Below, piece by piece: positions 23,409 to 28,832 of a stretch of 28,832 nucleotides of DNA (position 1 is its first letter; each line of letters starts with the position of its first letter). Below the pieces are notes generated by a model. That model was given only the letters and a program-made list of their open reading frames with translations. It was not told the DNA's origin and did no database searches. Source of the stretch: a virus. Its lineage: Duplodnaviria; Caudoviricetes. The DNA lies in the IMG/VR virus record IMGVR_UViG_3300020045_009217, positions 1-28,832 of that record, one strand, 5' to 3'. The position numbers and the translations under genes were made by a program.

Positions 23409-24634
23409 ATGATACCGCTGCCTTTTGGGACAAAGCCGGGGAACACTAAATCCAGCTTCGGCTCTGCATAGGTAAGGTGTTCGCTCATGGCGATCTCGCA
23501 ACGGCGCGTACTGGACGCGGTGGTGGTTGTGATAAGCATCCCGACATTGTTACCAGACACCCATCCGGCGCGGTTTAGGATTTCTTGCACGATGGTTGTC
23601 ACATTGTACGAATATTCAACGCCCACAGAACTAGGAAGTGTTGCGGCGGATATTTTAGCGGTCGTTGCGGTCTTGGCTGATAATTGTGCCTGTGTAGTGG
23701 GATTGCTTGCATTATCCTCAGCAGAGGCGGCGACTTCAATTTCGATGATTGAACTGTCACCATTCGCACTTGCCACAACCCGCAAGGTCGCACTTATCAA
23801 TGTCCGCTTAGGGATGGTGACAAGAAAAGGAATCCACGCCCGCACATAGTCGGTATCCTCAGCAGAACCGCCTACGTAGGCATAAGTCAGGGTGTCCCAT
23901 AAATCAGCCGTGGCGGGAGAACACCAACAATCGTTAGCGTAGGTAGAGATTGTCAGGTAAATTTTACCTAATCCAGACATGGCGAGTTTTTGAAACACGC
24001 GCGCGAGCGTGGAAGTCATGGAATTTTCATCATGCAGGGCGTAGGTGTAGGTGTCGTCACCTGTTGAAAAATCCCTTGCCAACGGCGGGGAACTGGCGAG
24101 TATCAAAAGCGCGGTAAGGATTTCGTCATCGCGTTTGTTGGTTTGTACCTGTATGCCGCGTATCTTATCGCGGTACGCATTTGCCATCCAATCCTCAGCA
24201 GTAACAACCGTGCGCTTTTTACCGTGTTGGTTTGCATCGGGCTGGATGCGGTTGATAGTACCCAACCATTCTTGGTGTATCACACTGTTTTCGGTGATGG
24301 TCAAGCGGACTTGTGTGTCCAGTCCAAAGCCTGCTGCCACGCTGGCGTGATCGGGGGAATAGTTACCGGCTGTCTGTGCGACATTTGCCTCTGAGTTATT
24401 CAAGACAAAGCGCATGGTTCCTATATTCGCCACGCGGTCAAAAATGGTACGCCCGTTGTTCCCGCGCGTCCAGGTTATATCACCGCTCGTTAGTACATCG
24501 GCTGAAACATCCAACCAACCGTGACCCGTCAGAACTAAACCGTTTTCATCAGTCAACAAATTCCCGCTCCCATCCATCAGCGGGATAACCACGAACATTT
24601 CAATCATTACGTCGGTGGGATAGACAGGGGTCAT
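23405..24634 (-). CDS. Minor tail protein, apparently a fusion of a tail-hub N-terminal part and a DNRLRE/CBM-like beta domain
   Basis: ATGA coupling to the tape measure gene; WLDVSADV..ITWTRG tail-protein start; C-terminal ISATLRV...YNVTTIVQE...MLI...PKL pattern. Confidence 0.7.
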   Translation of the reverse strand: MTPVYPTDVMIEMFVVIPLMDGSGNLLTDENGLVLTGHGWLDVSADVLTSGDITWTRGNNGRTIFDRVANIGTMRFVLNNSEANVAQTAGNYSPDHASVAAGFGLDTQVRLTITENSVIHQEWLGTINRIQPDANQHGKKRTVVTAEDWMANAYRDKIRGIQVQTNKRDDEILTALLILASSPPLARDFSTGDDTYTYALHDENSMTSTLARVFQKLAMSGLGKIYLTISTYANDCWCSPATADLWDTLTYAYVGGSAEDTDYVRAWIPFLVTIPKRTLISATLRVVASANGDSSIIEIEVAASAEDNASNPTTQAQLSAKTATTAKISAATLPSSVGVEYSYNVTTIVQEILNRAGWVSGNNVGMLITTTTASSTRRCEIAMSEHLTYAEPKLDLVFPGFVPKGSGII

Positions 24635-26127
24635 TTACGCCCCGCTTTTTGCAACTCCGAGCGCAGAGAACGCGCAATGACATCCGCGAAGCGTTGAATG
24701 AATACGTCCTCACCCATGCCCGCCATAAGCCCGGCGGGTTGCATAGGATCGATTCGTCCGTTCGTGGACGGCGTAAACTTTTCAGGGCGATAGAACTCAC
24801 CTACTTGATATTGCTGCCCCGCAATCACCGCGCCGCCTGACGCTCTGCGATTCCCTCTACCGCTGCCCGCCGTAGCTGATACGGTTTGACCCATGCCGAA
24901 GTTTATATTCGAGCCATCGAAGCCAATCGAGAATGATTGAATGAAGTTTACAAAATCCTGAAACTTTTGTTTCAGTCCCGCGATCATAGTCTCCCACGCA
25001 TCCAATACAGGCGCGGATATGTCTATGATAGCGTTCCCGATAATCCCGCCCAACTCCTCAATTTCTGCCATCGTGAAATCTTTCAGGCTGTCAAACGCAA
25101 TCGCCGCGCCTTCGTTGAAATCCACCGCAAGTTCTTCCCAATTGGGATACCCATACAGACCAGCGACAAGATTGGCGAGTGCATTACCCAACGCATCGGC
25201 TAAGGCTTGCCAGTCCGTCTCTTGTATGACCGTACCAATACCCTGCAATACATTACTTACACCCTGACGGACATACAAGCCCACCAATGCCCAATCAATG
25301 TTATTGATACCGTCAGCGATGTTTTGACTTAGCGTTGCCCAATCCGTCTCCGCGATACCCCGCTGGAATGAGTCGGTCAGGTTGAATAACAATTTCAACG
25401 GGTCGGCAAGCATGGCAAACTTTTCTGACGGGTCTGCGCTGGCGAACCTAAAGAACCAATCCATTATCTTTTCAAGCGCGGGCATGAGGTTTTCGGTAAA
25501 GGCAACTGCCAAACCTGTACCAATTAGCTTTAGCTCCTCAAGGTTGCGGGTAAAGTTCTCGTAACGAGCCGGATCGATTGCCAGACCAAAAGCCTTAACC
25601 TTTTCCGTGACCGCATCCATACCGCCCTCGGACGCCATCACGTCAAAGAAGTCAACAAGTTCCGCGCCGCTCTTACCAAATACCTCAGTAAGGAAGTTTA
25701 CCTTTTCCTGTTGCGTGGTAAAGGTATTGTATTTTGCGGATATGCTGTCAATCAAATCGGTTTGTGATCTTAGATTCCCATTGACATCCTTGACATTGAT
25801 TCCCCAGGCTTGTAATGATTTACCAGTCGTATCCAATGAGCCATCAGCCTTGACCAGTCCCTTACTCAGAATGACAACGCCCTTTGTTAGTATGCCAGTA
25901 TCCACGCCCGCCTTACGCGCGATAAACCCCAAAGCGGCGGCTTGCTCATTGGTGACATCCATTACATCACCGACAGCATCCAACTCATTCGCCCAATCAA
26001 AGGTCATCTTTATCGCCGCGCCCATCGCCCCGATAAGGGCGGTAGTGCCGGCAATAGCCGCGCCAATGCCGACTTTGAAAGCCTTGTCTGCTACGTCAAG
26101 CGGTAGGGTTAACTTTTCTAAGTCCAT
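24631..26127 (-). CDS. Tape measure protein (short, 498 aa)
   Basis: Position after the chaperone; Ala/Gly-rich helices; DW-containing repeats; RASGG.V..G..Y.VGE...E C-terminal motif. Confidence 0.9.
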   Translation of the reverse strand: MDLEKLTLPLDVADKAFKVGIGAAIAGTTALIGAMGAAIKMTFDWANELDAVGDVMDVTNEQAAALGFIARKAGVDTGILTKGVVILSKGLVKADGSLDTTGKSLQAWGINVKDVNGNLRSQTDLIDSISAKYNTFTTQQEKVNFLTEVFGKSGAELVDFFDVMASEGGMDAVTEKVKAFGLAIDPARYENFTRNLEELKLIGTGLAVAFTENLMPALEKIMDWFFRFASADPSEKFAMLADPLKLLFNLTDSFQRGIAETDWATLSQNIADGINNIDWALVGLYVRQGVSNVLQGIGTVIQETDWQALADALGNALANLVAGLYGYPNWEELAVDFNEGAAIAFDSLKDFTMAEIEELGGIIGNAIIDISAPVLDAWETMIAGLKQKFQDFVNFIQSFSIGFDGSNINFGMGQTVSATAGSGRGNRRASGGAVIAGQQYQVGEFYRPEKFTPSTNGRIDPMQPAGLMAGMGEDVFIQRFADVIARSLRSELQKAGRK

Positions 26128-26823
26128 TTATATCCTGTAACTTTTGTTTGAAGGCTTTATACTCGTCACGTTGCAGCGGGTCTGTGACTGGCTTTTCATT
26201 TGGCAAATACGAGGGCATGAACACAGACATCTTGACCTCACGCTTTAGGGCTTTGCCGCTCATGTTTGCTATGACCTGTGCTAATAACGCGGTACGTTCG
26301 TCCTCGCGCTCTTGCGTAAACGGGTAAATCTCAAAAAATGCCTGCCATCCAACATACTCCATTGCGCTCATCGCTTTTATTTCTGCGACGGTTTTATGGA
26401 GTTCCTGCGCTAACTGATAGACGAATCTTTTTTCTGGTTTTTTTTTAGTTGCGTGACAACTTCCTTGACCGCGTCACTCGATAAACCAGATAACTCCATC
26501 GCCTTTGTACTCAGGGCAAGCAATACAGACGGATGCGACTTAACCAGTTCTTTGACATCGGCTTCGGTGAATAATGGGTTGCCATCCTCATCACAAGCGG
26601 ACATTGAAACAAGCCGCGCCATGAGCGCCAATGAAGTGGACGGGGTGACGTCCTGCATCCCATCCCGCTTTAGCTTCTGGATAAGTTCGTTGTAATCCAG
26701 TAGTTGCGCCGCGTAGAGTTGCGATAAGTAAACCGTCCCGCCCAATTCTGGAACCGGGACGGCTTCACGCTTCATTTCGGTTGCGGCTAGAAAATCAGCC
26801 CTCGATAATACTCTGTCACTCAT
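26096..26823 (-). CDS. Tail assembly chaperone, -1 frameshift (gpGT-like) product
   Basis: A9 run at 26446-26438; the -1 frame reads KPEKRFVYQLAQELHKTVAEIKAMSAMEYVGW into ORF 26096-26371. Confidence 0.85.
26410..26823 (-). CDS. Tail assembly chaperone (gpG-like)
   Basis: VPVPELGGTVYL...DEDGNPLFT..DV..L motif; lies between the tail tube and tape measure genes. Confidence 0.9.
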   Translation of the reverse strand: MSDRVLSRADFLAATEMKREAVPVPELGGTVYLSQLYAAQLLDYNELIQKLKRDGMQDVTPSTSLALMARLVSMSACDEDGNPLFTEADVKELVKSHPSVLLALSTKAMELSGLSSDAVKEVVTQLKKNQKKDSSIS

Positions 26824-26838
26824 TGCTCCCGCTTTCTG

Positions 26839-27225
26839 TTATGTCCATGCGCCGGTACAAGCGACCACAACGGTCAACTTATTGGCGTCGGGGTCGGTAG
26901 CATCTGCATCTTCAACCTTGACAGAACGAATCCAGCCGGAGCCTGTGATCGTGTCAATGCCATTCGTAACAACGGCGGTTGCGACGGTTTTGTTAGTCAT
27001 CAGCAAACGAATGGCGGTATAGACGCCTGTTTCGTCTAGGATGGATAAAGTCAAATCACCCACACGTACCAGCCCGTCGGGGATACTTTCGGCGTATCCA
27101 CTGCCTGAATGATTTGTCGTTTCGGCGTCACCCATCACCACCTCGGGAAAGCCAGTGACGATACACTTGCCAATGCTGACACTGTTGAAGGTAAAGAGTG
27201 ATCCGTAATTTGTAACTGCTGCCAT
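26839..27225 (-). CDS. Major tail tube protein
   Basis: Synteny; ETTNH....ESIPDGL...GDLTL pattern; AGGAG RBS. Confidence 0.8.
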   Translation of the reverse strand: MAAVTNYGSLFTFNSVSIGKCIVTGFPEVVMGDAETTNHSGSGYAESIPDGLVRVGDLTLSILDETGVYTAIRLLMTNKTVATAVVTNGIDTITGSGWIRSVKVEDADATDPDANKLTVVVACTGAWT

Positions 27226-27237
27226 AGTATTCTCCTA

Positions 27238-27621
27238 TCAGGCGCTATTTACGCGCCGTCTAATTTCTCGATTAATTTCCTTTGCGCTCATGCCAGGTCC
27301 GTGAATTGCGGCGTCTGCCATCGCGGGTCTAATGAACGGGTGAGCAGGACGAAACCTTGTACCGAACTCCTCAAACTCTGCATAAGGCATAGTCGATACT
27401 ACTTGCGCCGAATCATCACCAACTTTTTTAGCAACGGTATGACGCTTCATGTCGCCGGTGATTTCGTGAGCATACCCGCGCGCCTGCTTTGCCACGTACT
27501 GCGCTAAAGGTAGCGGGGCGACGTGTCCAACGTTCTGCAATTCTTTCAATTGCGCCACGCAACGCCCATTTAGACCGGTGACACCGTTCTTGGTGTAAGG
27601 TTGCGTTTTCCAGTTTGGCAT
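27238..27621 (-). CDS. HK97 gp10-like tail completion protein
   Basis: TGDMKR...YAEFEEFGT...AHPFIRPA; TAATG coupling at 27621. Confidence 0.85.
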   Translation of the reverse strand: MPNWKTQPYTKNGVTGLNGRCVAQLKELQNVGHVAPLPLAQYVAKQARGYAHEITGDMKRHTVAKKVGDDSAQVVSTMPYAEFEEFGTRFRPAHPFIRPAMADAAIHGPGMSAKEINREIRRRVNSA

Positions 27622-27998
27622 TAGCCAGGATATCCAGCCGGCAGAACCAACACAGCCAACAATACCGCCGCGTTGCTCACGGTGACGGTAATCAAGCCTG
27701 TGCTGGCGTTTTTCCAACCTGAACTATTGGTAAGTCCGCCGGTCCAACAGACATAATCACCCGCCGCCATTGAATAGGTGGTAATGTCGCCGGTGCGGTT
27801 CTTTTCGTCTACCGCGCTGGTAATGGTGACGGTGTAAGTGGAACCACCGACGGGGTTGTATATCATCAGCAATTCACGCCCGGTACAAGTGAATGTACTA
27901 CCGGTCACATCACCTGCGGCAAGGGTGTAATCCAATGTCCCGGCGGTGACGGTTGCGAATGGTGCTAAAAGATTTTGCTTGGTGATTGCAGTTGCCAT
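27621..27998 (-). CDS. Putative virion structural/decoration protein
   Basis: Thr/Ala/Gly-rich beta composition; AGGAG RBS; lies in the connector module. Confidence 0.65.
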   Translation of the reverse strand: MATAITKQNLLAPFATVTAGTLDYTLAAGDVTGSTFTCTGRELLMIYNPVGGSTYTVTITSAVDEKNRTGDITTYSMAAGDYVCWTGGLTNSSGWKNASTGLITVTVSNAAVLLAVLVLPAGYPG

Positions 27999-28029
27999 GT
28001 CTTATTTTCTCCTAACGTTTTCACGTTTC

Positions 28030-28419
28030 TTAATTGGTGAGATAGAGTATTACAAGTTCAATCATGCAACGGTAGAGGCGGGAATCTGCTTCCCATGAGC
28101 GCGGCTTGTTCCTAACTTGAATTGTCGCGTTCTGTCCGTTGCCCATCCATCCGCGGTAATTATCCAGCCATGCTATGATGGCATCGGCGGCACTATCGCG
28201 GGTTGTTTGTGTGTTGCTGTATACGTCAAGTTGTACGGTTTCCATCCCGCCATAAGTGCCACTGTGTGAACGTAGTGACGGATCGGTAATGGTTTGCGCT
28301 CTGACACATGGATAAGTGACGTTATCGGGCAGGTTATCCACATAGTAACGAGTACTAATCGCGGCGGTCACGGCGGGATTTTGAAGCACCAAAGTTCTAA
28401 GGCTGGTGTCAAGCGGCAT
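28030..28419 (-). CDS. Tail terminator/completion protein (DUF3168-like)
   Basis: RYY...P....YP...VQLDVYS...ADAI pattern; GGGAG RBS. Confidence 0.8.
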   Translation of the reverse strand: MPLDTSLRTLVLQNPAVTAAISTRYYVDNLPDNVTYPCVRAQTITDPSLRSHSGTYGGMETVQLDVYSNTQTTRDSAADAIIAWLDNYRGWMGNGQNATIQVRNKPRSWEADSRLYRCMIELVILYLTN

Positions 28420-28636
28420 CGTTCGTATGCTCCCGTTCATCAACAGTAAGCATTGCCAAAAACTCCTCTGGTATTTCTACTTCCATCGGTGCGAGCTTTA
28501 GTGTTATTTGAGGAGCTTCGCCTGCTACTAATTTAATGCCAACCGTATTGACGTATCCACTAAAATCATGACCGTCAATCTCGATTTTCCAATTTTCGCC
28601 GTATTTACCATCTGATGTAAGCTTAAATTTTTTCAT
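28409..28636 (-). CDS. Hypothetical protein inserted in the connector module
   Basis: ATGA overlap with the upstream gene. Confidence 0.65.
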   Translation of the reverse strand: MKKFKLTSDGKYGENWKIEIDGHDFSGYVNTVGIKLVAGEAPQITLKLAPMEVEIPEEFLAMLTVDEREHTNDAA

Positions 28637-28830
28637 AATGTTATCGCTTTCAATGCGCACACATACCCGAACGCGCCGCGGTCTTGAACGCCGACAATCT
28701 CATAGGTCTTATTACTTACAACTTGCCCAAAGCGGGTTATCGTTTTTACCGTCGCGCCTTTGTCGGGCAAGAACGCATCACAATACAATTCAGCGTCAAG
28801 TACTTCAATGTCGGCGGTGTTCCATGTTTC
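28633..28830 (-). CDS. Partial gene, probable head closure/head-tail adaptor
   Basis: Open frame from the window edge (...KTYEIVGVQDRG...ALKAITL*); synteny. Confidence 0.55.
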   Translation of the reverse strand, partial: ETWNTADIEVLDAELYCDAFLPDKGATVKTITRFGQVVSNKTYEIVGVQDRGAFGYVCALKAITL

Positions 28831-28832
28831 AG

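Noticed and set aside
1-28832. tRNA genes, reverse transcriptase (DGR or retron), introns, IS elements, alternative genetic code
   Set aside because: No cloverleaf with T/D-loop consensus, no RT or transposase motifs and no long near-identical repeat pair were seen by eye; genes tile well under the standard code.

Overview
This window is about 28 kb of a tailed (siphovirus-like) phage or prophage genome. A Chloroflexota/Anaerolineae host is inferred from the SSB, a DnaD-domain initiator, an 'LAC' lipobox and attC-like sites. From right to left on the - strand lie: head-tail connector and tail genes (tail tube, frameshifted tail chaperone, tape measure, tail and fibre proteins), then a lysis cassette (two holin-like genes and a GH25+SH3 endolysin). 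A short rightward (+) operon follows, headed by a leaderless Cro/CI-type HTH gene, with no integrase visible. A long leftward early operon comes next (RecT, SSB, pentapeptide protein, replication initiator with iterons, truncated DnaB-like helicase, VRR-NUC nuclease, Dam-like methylase, metallophosphoesterase). A glycosyltransferase/methyltransferase/structural module closes it. The first ~980 bp is AT-rich, oppositely oriented and looks foreign. The main unexplained features are five. (1) A ~670-nt non-coding leader upstream of the initiator, built from a string of stem-closed RNA domains with a repeated linker and a C4/CI-like two-box complementarity. (2) A 4-TM membrane protein with a probable -1 programmed frameshift into a basic domain whose coding region carries eight CTAGTGGCAG-type repeats. 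(3) Integron attC-like sites without an integrase. (4) Several families of short direct repeats at gene boundaries. (5) Three or four apparent rearrangement junctions that may be assembly or amplification artefacts. All product calls rest on motif recognition by eye, not on database searches.
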